DNA of 18,817 bases. Origin: Candidatus Parcubacteria bacterium. Its GTDB lineage: Bacteria; Patescibacteriota; Minisyncoccia; Minisyncoccales; JAGMAB01. Numbering within the stretch: position 1 is the stretch's first letter; the number at the start of each line of letters is the position of its first letter. Positions 6,152 to 13,941 of the stretch are shown here, piece after piece. The stretch is from the NCBI GenBank assembly GCA_023131055.1, contig JAGMAB010000007.1:1-18817 (forward strand), in the 5' to 3' direction. Position numbers and translations under genes: made by a program. Under the pieces are notes generated by a model. It made no database searches and was not told the origin of the DNA. It worked only from the letters and a program-made list of their open reading frames with translations.

Positions 6152-6222
6152 GCCCCCATAACTTAATGGAAAAGTAGTTGCCTCTTAAGCAATTAATCCA
6201 GGTTCGAATCCTGGTGGGGGCA
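6152..6222 (+). tRNA. tRNA-Lys (anticodon CTT). CCA is not encoded.
   Basis: GCCCCCA TA ACTT AATGGAA AAGT A GTTGC CTCTTAA GCAAT TAAT CCAGG TTCGAAT CCTGG TGGGGGC A, followed by CAA. Confidence 0.85.
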
Positions 6223-6249
6223 CAAAGATAATTAATAATTTTTAAAACT

Positions 6250-6516
6250 ATGTTAAATCCAGAAGAAAAAACAAAAACAATCAAAAAATACAAAGTTCAT
6301 GAAACAGACACCGGGTCACCGGAAGTGCAGATTGCTTTGCTTTCCGAAGAAATCAAGCGCCTGCTTTTACATTTGAAAAAACACTCTAAAGACTTTCATT
6401 CCAAAAGGGGATTGTTAAAAATGGTTGCGAACAGAAGAAAACTTTTAACATATTTGAAAGAAGAAAGTACAAGAAGATATAACATCATTATTAAAAAAAT
6501 CGGTTTAAAAAAATGA
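6250..6516 (+). CDS. rpsO: 30S ribosomal protein S15.
   Basis: [49 protein letters not shown] matches the conserved S15 core. Confidence 0.9.
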   Translation: MLNPEEKTKTIKKYKVHETDTGSPEVQIALLSEEIKRLLLHLKKHSKDFHSKRGLLKMVANRRKLLTYLKEESTRRYNIIIKKIGLKK

Positions 6517-7037
6517 TTATAAAGCATATTGGGCAAAGAGTGGCTGTGTTGATTGATGTTCAGAATTTATATCATTCAGCCAAAAATTTATATCAGTCCA
6601 GGGTTAATTTCCAGGAAATTTTGAAGTCTGCTGTGAGCGGGAGAAATTTAATTAGGGCTTTTGCTTATGTAGTAAGGACAAAAACCGGCGAAGAAAAGCC
6701 GTTTTTTGAAGCGCTCACAAAATTAGGAATTGAAACAAGAGTAAGAGACCTTCAGGAATTTTACGGCGGTATGAAAAAAGCTGACTGGGATGTGGGCATT
6801 ACCGTTGACGCTATCAGAATTTCTCCTGATGTTGACACTATTGTTCTAGGTTCAGGAGACGGAGATTTTCTCCAGTTGGTTGATTTTTTAAAAAACCAGG
6901 GGAAAAGAGTGGAAGTTATCGCTTTTGACAGGTCTGCGTCCCTAAAATTAAAAGAAGCGGCTGACGAATTTATTGACATAGGAAAAGAACCTAAAAAATA
7001 TTTATTAAAAAAAGAAAAAATTGTAGAAAAAAAATGA
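6513..7037 (+). CDS. NYN-domain (LabA-like, PIN-like) predicted ribonuclease.
   Basis: [15 protein letters not shown]...LIRAFAYV...[14 protein letters not shown]...[31 protein letters not shown], with the acidic residues typical of NYN/LabA. The start ATGA overlaps the rpsO stop and the stop ATGA overlaps the pnp start. Confidence 0.75.
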   Translation: MIIKHIGQRVAVLIDVQNLYHSAKNLYQSRVNFQEILKSAVSGRNLIRAFAYVVRTKTGEEKPFFEALTKLGIETRVRDLQEFYGGMKKADWDVGITVDAIRISPDVDTIVLGSGDGDFLQLVDFLKNQGKRVEVIAFDRSASLKLKEAADEFIDIGKEPKKYLLKKEKIVEKK

Positions 7038-9133
7038 AAGAAAAAATTTACAAATTAGACATTGATGGCAAGGAACTTATTATTAAAATTACTGATTTAA
7101 CAGAACAAGCGTCCGGAAGTTGCTTAATCCAATATGGCGACACATTGGTTTTGGCAACAGCAGTAATGTCAAAACAGGAAAGAGAAGGCATAGATTTTTT
7201 TCCTTTAAGCGTTGAATATCAGGAAAGATTTTACGCCGCGGGGAAAATTCTGGGCTCCCGTTATATCAGAAGAGAAAGCCGTCCTTCTGATGAAGCGATT
7301 TTAACCGCGCGTTTGATTGACAGAACAATCAGGCCGCTTTTCCCGGAAAACCTAAAAAAAGAAATTCAAGTTGTTCTCACCTGTCTTTCATGGGACAGAG
7401 AAAACGACCCTGATATAATCTGCTTGATTGCCGCTTCTTTAAGTTTGGCAAGTTCTGACATCCCTTGGTCGGGTCCTATTGCCAGCGTAAGAGTCGGACG
7501 GCTGGATAACAAATTTATTCTCAATCCTACTTACGAGCAAAGAGAAAAAAGCGATTTTGATTTAGTAATATCAGGCATTGAAAAAAATCATGAGATTTTA
7601 ATCAATATGCTTGAAGGAGAAGGACAGGAAACAGAAGAAGACGCAGTTCTGCAGGCGGTTAAATTTTCAATGCCTTATTTAAAAAAACTTATTTCCTTTC
7701 AAAAACAGATTATTCAAGAAATAGGCAAAGAAAAAAGCTTGGTCAAAGCTCAAGAACAGGACATTGACTTGGAAAAAGACATCAAAGAATTCTTGGAACA
7801 ACGATTGGAAAAAATTGAAAACCTTGGCGCTCTTAAAGACGACTTGCTCTCTTTTGTTGCGGAAAAATATCCTGAACCAAAGAAAATAAATTACGCCAAA
7901 GATATTTTTGAAAAAGAAATAGAAAAAGCGCTCCATCAAAGAATAATTGCAAAAGAAGAAAGGCCTGATAGCAGGAAATTAGACGAAACAAGAGAAATTT
8001 CCTGCGCAACCGGCATCTTGCCAAGAACGCACGGGTCAGGGCTTTTCTGCCGCGGACTGACCAAAACTTTATCTATTCTTACGCTGGGCGCGCCGGGAGA
8101 TGTCCGTTTTTTGGAAGGAATGGAAATTGTCGGCAAGAAAAGGTTTATGCATCATTATAATTTCCCTGCTTACTGCGTCGGCGAAGTAAAGCCGTTCAGA
8201 GGTCCCGGGCGAAGAGAAATAGGGCATGGAATGCTGGCTGAAAAAGCTTTATTGCCGCTAATCCCTGATTCGGATGAATTTCCCTACACAATCAGGATTG
8301 TTTCTGAAAATTTGTCTTCCAACGGTTCCACATCTATGGCTTCTATTTCATCTTCTTGCTTGGCTCTGATGGATGCCGGGGTGCCGATAAAAACTCCTGT
8401 TGCTGGAATTGCCATTGGCTTAATACAAGATTCTTCAGGAAATTACAAAATTTTAACTGATATTCAGGGTCCGGAAGACCATTACGGCGATATGGACTTT
8501 AAAGTGGCAGGAACTGAAAAAGGCATAACCGCTATTCAAATGGATGTTAAAATTAAAGGCATTACTGAACAAATTCTAAAGCAGGCATTAGAACAAGGCA
8601 AAAAAGCAAGAAAGCAGATTTTGGAAAAAATGAAAAAAACAATAGCAAGTCCAAGGACAGAACTTTCGCCATTTGCCCCTAAAATTAAAACCTTGCAGAT
8701 TAATCCTGAAAAAATAAGAGAAGTAATCGGACCCGGCGGAAAAATAATTAACAAAATAATTGAAGATTGCGGAGTTACCATTGACATTGAGGATTCCGGC
8801 AAGATTTTTGTCGCTTCAGAATCAGAACAAGCAGTGGATAAAGCAATGGAATGGATAAAAAATATTACCAGAGAAGTGGAAATAGGAGAAATTTTCCAGG
8901 GCAAGGTGAAAAGAATTTTGGACTTTGGCGCTTTTGTTGAAATACTGCCGGGACAGGACGGCTTGGTTCATATTTCCGAATTAGCTCCGTATAGAGTGGA
9001 AAAAGTTGAAGACATAGTTAAAATAGGCGATACAGTGTCAGTAAAAGTGATTTCTGTTGACGAGCAAGGACGGATAAACCTTTCAATAAAACAAATAAAA
9101 GAACAAAATGACCATGGAAGAAAACACAAATAA
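7034..9133 (+). CDS. pnp: Polynucleotide phosphorylase.
   Basis: Two RNase PH-like domains (SNGSTSMASISSSCLALMDAGVPI), a KH domain (IREVIGPGGKIINKI) and an S1 domain (GKVKRILDFGAFVEILPGQDGLVHISEL). Length 699 aa. Confidence 0.95.
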   Translation: MKEKIYKLDIDGKELIIKITDLTEQASGSCLIQYGDTLVLATAVMSKQEREGIDFFPLSVEYQERFYAAGKILGSRYIRRESRPSDEAILTARLIDRTIRPLFPENLKKEIQVVLTCLSWDRENDPDIICLIAASLSLASSDIPWSGPIASVRVGRLDNKFILNPTYEQREKSDFDLVISGIEKNHEILINMLEGEGQETEEDAVLQAVKFSMPYLKKLISFQKQIIQEIGKEKSLVKAQEQDIDLEKDIKEFLEQRLEKIENLGALKDDLLSFVAEKYPEPKKINYAKDIFEKEIEKALHQRIIAKEERPDSRKLDETREISCATGILPRTHGSGLFCRGLTKTLSILTLGAPGDVRFLEGMEIVGKKRFMHHYNFPAYCVGEVKPFRGPGRREIGHGMLAEKALLPLIPDSDEFPYTIRIVSENLSSNGSTSMASISSSCLALMDAGVPIKTPVAGIAIGLIQDSSGNYKILTDIQGPEDHYGDMDFKVAGTEKGITAIQMDVKIKGITEQILKQALEQGKKARKQILEKMKKTIASPRTELSPFAPKIKTLQINPEKIREVIGPGGKIINKIIEDCGVTIDIEDSGKIFVASESEQAVDKAMEWIKNITREVEIGEIFQGKVKRILDFGAFVEILPGQDGLVHISELAPYRVEKVEDIVKIGDTVSVKVISVDEQGRINLSIKQIKEQNDHGRKHK

Positions 9134-10040
9134 GGTAAATGAAGAAAAACAAAAAAAGGAGTTTTTGAAAAGAACAGAAATACGAACAATGGCAAAAGAT
9201 ATCACTAAATTAAGAAAGATAGAAACCGAGAAAGAAAAACAAAGAATTATGGGTTTGCGACCCAAAGAACAAGACAAAAAACCCGTGCTTGCGCCAACAG
9301 CAGATATAAACAAGGAAACCTTAATTCCTAAGCCCTTGTCTAAAAAATCTTTTCCTTTTAAAAAACTTTTACCCAGAGCAATAGTTGTTTTAATAATTAT
9401 TTGCGCGCTTGGCTTGATTTTTTGGCTCATTGGAGCAAAAAAGGCTCCGGATGAGAAACCATTTGTACCGGAAATTACTCAACCAGATGAAGAAGAAATT
9501 GAAGAAAAAATTCCGGAAAAAATACCGGAAATTCATATTCCTGCTTGCTTAATTTTAACTGAACAAACAGAAATTCTGGAAATTTCTGAAACCCAAGACA
9601 TTGTTCAAGTTTTCTCTCAAATAATGGAGCAGGAATTGCCAAATGATGCTTTAATCCGGGTTGTAATTAAAAATATTAGCCAAGGACGCTTAGTATCTTT
9701 ACAAGAACTATCTTCTGTTTTTCAAATAGAAATTTCTTCAGAAATTTTTCAGAAATTTGGGCCAGATTATAGCTTAATTATTTATGGACAAGAGCAAGGA
9801 AAAAGAATTGCCTTTATCGCTAATATAAAAGAAAAACAAGGGCTAACTGAATCATTAGACAAATGGGAACAAGAATTAAAAGAATTCAAACCGGCAAAAT
9901 ATAAAGGCATTGCTTTCCGCTATCTGACTATCTCTGAACAAGACCACATTGGAATTTGTTATTCTTTTATTGACGATTTGTTTATCTGGACTTCTTCGGG
10001 CGAATTAATGGTTAAAATTATTGATAAACTAAGTGATTAA
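9108..10040 (+). CDS. Hypothetical membrane-anchored protein with a charged N-terminus, one TM helix and a C-terminal domain of about 190 aa.
   Basis: 310-aa ORF with K/E-rich N-terminal region, TM IVVLIIICALGLIFWLIG, then an acidic linker and a globular domain. It overlaps the pnp 3' end by 26 nt. The start could be a downstream Met. Confidence 0.45.
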   Translation: MTMEENTNKVNEEKQKKEFLKRTEIRTMAKDITKLRKIETEKEKQRIMGLRPKEQDKKPVLAPTADINKETLIPKPLSKKSFPFKKLLPRAIVVLIIICALGLIFWLIGAKKAPDEKPFVPEITQPDEEEIEEKIPEKIPEIHIPACLILTEQTEILEISETQDIVQVFSQIMEQELPNDALIRVVIKNISQGRLVSLQELSSVFQIEISSEIFQKFGPDYSLIIYGQEQGKRIAFIANIKEKQGLTESLDKWEQELKEFKPAKYKGIAFRYLTISEQDHIGICYSFIDDLFIWTSSGELMVKIIDKLSD

Positions 10041-10425
10041 AATACATTATATCATGATTGATAAAAAAATAGTCCAAGAGCTAAAACAAAAACTGGAAAA
10101 AGAAAAAACAGCTATTGAAAAAGAGCTTAAAACATTTGCCAAAAAAGACAAGAAATTAAAAGGGGACTGGGACACCCGTTTTCCGCGCTGGAACGGTGAT
10201 TCAAGCAGCAGTTCATCTATGGAAACAGCTGCGGATGAAGTTGAAGAATATTCCACTCTTTTGCCTATTGAACACAGCTTGGAATTAAAATTAAAAGATA
10301 TTAATGCGGCTTTGGAAAAACTCAAAAATAAAAAATACGGAATCTGCGAAAAATGCAAAAAGCCAATCAGCATTAAAAGATTAAAGGTTTATCCGGAAGC
10401 CAAAACCTGCAAAAAGTGCAATTAA
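10033..10425 (+). CDS. DksA/TraR-family C4 zinc-finger protein. An alternative start is at 10054.
   Basis: C-terminal CEKCKKPISIKRLKVYPEAKTCKKC (C4 zinc finger) preceded by coiled-coil-like KE-rich region. Confidence 0.7.
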   Translation: MIKIHYIMIDKKIVQELKQKLEKEKTAIEKELKTFAKKDKKLKGDWDTRFPRWNGDSSSSSSMETAADEVEEYSTLLPIEHSLELKLKDINAALEKLKNKKYGICEKCKKPISIKRLKVYPEAKTCKKCN

Positions 10426-10431
10426 AACATT

Positions 10432-11949
10432 ATGCCTTCTAAAGTTTTTTCAGCGGCTCTTTCGGGTTTAGAAGCCCAGCTCATTGAAGTGGAAGTAGAT
10501 GCCTCATACGGATTGAGGCATTTTGAAATTGTCGGCTTGCCTGACAAAGCGGTTCAGGAAGCAAAAGAAAGAGTTGGAGCCGCAATTGAAAGCTCTGGAT
10601 TTAAATCTCCCCATCACCAGTCAACCAGGGTATTGGTCTCTCTGGCGCCGGCTGATTTGAAAAAAGAAGGCTCTTTCTACGATTTACCAATTGCTTTGGC
10701 TTATCTTTTAGCCGCAGAAAAAATCAGATTCAATCCTTTGGATAAAATTCTTTTGGGAGAGTTAGCTTTGGACGGACGGCTAAGGCCGATAAAAGGAGTT
10801 GTTTCTTTTGCCATTGCTTGCAAGGAAAAAGGTTTTTCCGAACTAATCCTGCCAAAAGAAAACAGAACCGAAGCTTCTTTAGTAAAGGGATTGAAAGTAA
10901 TAGGCGTGGAAAATTTAGGAGAAGCAATCGCATATTTAGAAGGGAAAAAAGAAATTTCTGGGTTCAAAATAGATATAAAAGATTTTTTCCAGGCCTCTAA
11001 ATATCCTGTTGATTTGGCTTATGTCAAAGGACAGGAATCAGCTAAACGGGCTCTGGAAATCGCTGCGGCTGGCAGCCATAACATTATGATGACGGGACCG
11101 CCGGGCGCTGGCAAAAGCTTGTTAGCCAAAGCAATTCCGTCAATTCTGCCCCGGCTTTCTTTTGCGGAATCTTTGGAAGTGACGAAAATTTACAGCGTAT
11201 CCGGCTTGCTTCCCCAAAAAAAACCTTTAATCAATTTAAGGCCTTTTCGTTCGCCGCATCATACTTCCTCTGAAGTATCTTTGATTGGCGGCGGCAATCC
11301 TTTGAGAGCGGGAGAAATTACTTTATCCCATCGCGGAATTCTTTTCTTGGACGAGTTTCCTGAATTCCACCGCGATGTCTTGGAAAGTTTAAGGCAGCCT
11401 TTGGAAGAGGGAAAAATCACTTTATTGCGCGCAAAACAATGTTTAACTCTGCCTGCTCGTTTTACTTTAGTGGCAGCGGCCAATCCCTGTCCCTGCGGTT
11501 TTCATGGAGACCCTGAAAGAGAATGCACTTGCACGCCTTCCCAAATTCAAATGTACAGAAGAAAACTGTCAGGTCCTTTAATGGATCGGCTTGACCTTTT
11601 TATCCCGGTTCCGGCTTTAAAATACGAAAAATTAACCTCTGCTGACAAAGAAAATTCCAGCGCAAGCATTAAACAAAGAGTGGAAAAAGCCAGAAAAATC
11701 CAGCAAGACCGGTTTTCAGGAGATAAAACGAATTCAGAAATGGAAATCCCTGAAATAAAAAAATACTGCTCAATTGACAGTAAAACAGAAAACCTTTTAA
11801 GAGATTATGTTGATTCCGGCAAGTTATCAGCTCGCGGGTATCACCGGGTTTTGAAAACAGCCAGGACAATTGCTGATTTAGACAATTCTGAAAATATCAG
11901 ACAAAATCATTTATCCGAAGCAATTTCTTACCGCTTCCGCCAGAATTAA
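10432..11949 (+). CDS. YifB/ComM-family Mg-chelatase-like AAA+ ATPase.
   Basis: N-terminal Lon-like domain (VEVDASYGLRHFEIVGLPDKAVQEAKERV). Walker A GPPGAGKS, Walker B ILFLDEFPEF. C-terminal ComM/YifB tail. Length 505 aa. Confidence 0.9.
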   Translation: MPSKVFSAALSGLEAQLIEVEVDASYGLRHFEIVGLPDKAVQEAKERVGAAIESSGFKSPHHQSTRVLVSLAPADLKKEGSFYDLPIALAYLLAAEKIRFNPLDKILLGELALDGRLRPIKGVVSFAIACKEKGFSELILPKENRTEASLVKGLKVIGVENLGEAIAYLEGKKEISGFKIDIKDFFQASKYPVDLAYVKGQESAKRALEIAAAGSHNIMMTGPPGAGKSLLAKAIPSILPRLSFAESLEVTKIYSVSGLLPQKKPLINLRPFRSPHHTSSEVSLIGGGNPLRAGEITLSHRGILFLDEFPEFHRDVLESLRQPLEEGKITLLRAKQCLTLPARFTLVAAANPCPCGFHGDPERECTCTPSQIQMYRRKLSGPLMDRLDLFIPVPALKYEKLTSADKENSSASIKQRVEKARKIQQDRFSGDKTNSEMEIPEIKKYCSIDSKTENLLRDYVDSGKLSARGYHRVLKTARTIADLDNSENIRQNHLSEAISYRFRQN

Positions 11950-11953
11950 ATTA

Positions 11954-12961
11954 TTACTGAAAAGGATTTCTGGCTCCATTCACTCCAAAATGCACATGAC
12001 AGCCGGTAGACATACCCGCGCCGGGCGTGCCCGGCTCGCCGCCCATCAAAGCAATAACCTGTCCTTGAGAAACCTGTTGTCCCTGGCTCACCAACGCTTT
12101 TAAAATATGACCGTACATTGTCACTACTCCGTTAGGATGCAGGATTGTTATATGATTGCCCGCTCCGCCAAAAGCCCAGCGGGAAACAGAATTAGTTAAT
12201 TTTACTTTCAAAACTTTTCCTCCTGCTGCCGCGTAAATCACATCTCCGCATTTGCCGTTGCTGAAATCAATAGCGTTATACCAGTGAAGCCTTTGCGTAA
12301 TGCGGCAGGGAGCGGAAATAGGACAAATAAAATAACTATTAGCCAAAGGAACAGAAGAAGAAACAGCATATTGAACTTTTACCTTAGGCATTTTTCCTTC
12401 AGGAATAATTAAAATATCACCTATAAAAATATCCGCTTCGTTAGAAAGTTCGTTAAAAGCAATTATGTCAGAGGTTTTTCCCTCATATTTTTTAGCAAGC
12501 TCTGAAATTGTCTCGCCGGCTTTAACATGATGAATTATTCCGGAAACAGGGGACACTACTAATTTCTGGCCTATTTGAATAACAGAATTTTTATTTAAAT
12601 CATTTGCCCAAAGCAATGTTTCTAATGTGATGCCAAATTTATGCGCGATTGACCAAAGATTGTCTCCAGCTTCAATCTCATATTCAGTAATCGCTTTTTT
12701 AATGTCCTGTGGCTCATACGCTCCTACTAAAGCTCCCAAAACTTGAGGTGAAAAAATATTCGCCGGCGAACAAGCAGATATGGTATTTTTCCCAATTAAA
12801 AGAAAATCAGGGGATTCTAAAGCAAAACTTTTTGTCGTACTTAAAAACAAATCCTGATTATTATTTTTGACAGAATTTTCCTGCTCTGAATTATTAAAAA
12901 AAGATAAAGAAACCAAACCAATTAAAATAATTGCTACTATCAAAACTGCTTTTTTATACAT
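11954..12961 (-). CDS. Secreted LysM-domain M23 metallopeptidase.
   Basis: Signal/TM N-terminus and two LysM-like segments (YEIEAGDNLWSIAHKFGITLETLLWANDL and HHVKAGETISELAKKYEGKTSDIIAFNEL). M23 motifs HWYNAIDF...HPNGVVTMYGH...GCHVHFGV. Confidence 0.85.
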   Translation of the reverse strand: MYKKAVLIVAIILIGLVSLSFFNNSEQENSVKNNNQDLFLSTTKSFALESPDFLLIGKNTISACSPANIFSPQVLGALVGAYEPQDIKKAITEYEIEAGDNLWSIAHKFGITLETLLWANDLNKNSVIQIGQKLVVSPVSGIIHHVKAGETISELAKKYEGKTSDIIAFNELSNEADIFIGDILIIPEGKMPKVKVQYAVSSSVPLANSYFICPISAPCRITQRLHWYNAIDFSNGKCGDVIYAAAGGKVLKVKLTNSVSRWAFGGAGNHITILHPNGVVTMYGHILKALVSQGQQVSQGQVIALMGGEPGTPGAGMSTGCHVHFGVNGARNPFQ

Positions 12962-12990
12962 ATTATATTAAAATACCTTAACCAAATTAT

Positions 12991-13923
12991 ATGTCAAGTC
13001 AAAATAACCTGCTGTATCATACTAAGAAATTATTAAAAAAATATCAGGTTCTACCTTCTAAAAAACTGGGCCAGAATTTTTTAATTGATAAAACAGCAAT
13101 TAAAAAAATTATTGCGGCTGCAAATCTCCAGCCAAAAGATGTTGTTTTAGAAATCGGTCCGGGAACAGGAACTTTAACTCAAGAAATAGCAAAAAAAGTA
13201 AAACAAGTAATTGCCGTAGAAAAAGACGCAAAAATGCGCGAAATTTTAAAAGAAACAATGAAAGAATACAAAAATGTTAAAATCATCCAAGCAGACATTT
13301 TGAAAGTTATCAATAATAAATTATCAATAATTAATCAGGGCGAGAACATTTCTCGCCCTAAATTATCAGTAATCAATTACAAAGTGATAGGGAATTTGCC
13401 GTTTTATCTTACGGCGCCGGTAATCCGCAAATTCCTGGAATTGTTCGGGGTCAGACCCCGAACAATTCCACAACAGATGGTTTTTGTGGTTCAAAAAGAA
13501 GTGGGTCAGAGAATTTGCCCGCCTCGCCGAGCCCGCTCGGCGGGCGAGGCGGGCGCCAAACTAGGAAAAATGAATTTATTGGCGGTCTCGGTTCAGTTTT
13601 ACGCCAATGTAAAAATCATTGCTTATATCTCTAAAAAATGTTTTTGGCCTCAGCCAAAAGTTGACTCCGCTATTATCAAAATCACACCGCTGATTAATGC
13701 TGATAAAAATCTGATTAATGCTGATTTGTTTTTTAGAATTGTTAAAGCAGGTTTTTCGCAGCCAAGAAAACAATTGCTCAATACCTTATCTTCGGGATTG
13801 AAAGTTGAACGCGAGAAAACAAAAAACTGGCTTTTGAAAAACAATATCCCTGTAACACAAAGACCGGAAACATTAAGTATTAAAGATTGGATGTTGCTTG
13901 TTAAAAATATGCCCCGTAGTTAA
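12991..13923 (+). CDS. rsmA: 16S rRNA (adenine1518/1519-N6)-dimethyltransferase RsmA/KsgA, with two short in-frame insertions.
   Basis: LGQNFLIDKTAIKKII...VLEIGPGTGTLT...GNLPFYLTAPVI...KVDSAIIKITP. Extra segments (ELFGVRPRTIP and PPRRARSAGEAG) are encoded by GC-rich palindromes. Confidence 0.9.
   Translation: MSSQNNLLYHTKKLLKKYQVLPSKKLGQNFLIDKTAIKKIIAAANLQPKDVVLEIGPGTGTLTQEIAKKVKQVIAVEKDAKMREILKETMKEYKNVKIIQADILKVINNKLSIINQGENISRPKLSVINYKVIGNLPFYLTAPVIRKFLELFGVRPRTIPQQMVFVVQKEVGQRICPPRRARSAGEAGAKLGKMNLLAVSVQFYANVKIIAYISKKCFWPQPKVDSAIIKITPLINADKNLINADLFFRIVKAGFSQPRKQLLNTLSSGLKVEREKTKNWLLKNNIPVTQRPETLSIKDWMLLVKNMPRS
13437..13469. repeat. Perfect 33-bp palindrome (16-bp arms) inside the rsmA coding sequence.
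   Basis: GGAATTGTTCGGGGTC a GACCCCGAACAATTCC. It is in-frame and encodes ELFGVRPRTIP. Confidence 0.7.
13518..13553. repeat. GC-rich (about 80% GC) imperfect inverted repeat of about 36 bp inside the rsmA coding sequence.
   Basis: CCCGCCTCGCC GAGCCCGCTCGGCG GGCGAGGCGGG. The 11-nt outer arms are perfectly complementary and there is an inner CCGAGC/GCTCGG stem. The host gene is about 33% GC. Confidence 0.65.
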
Positions 13924-13941
13924 ATCTGAAAGATTTATACT

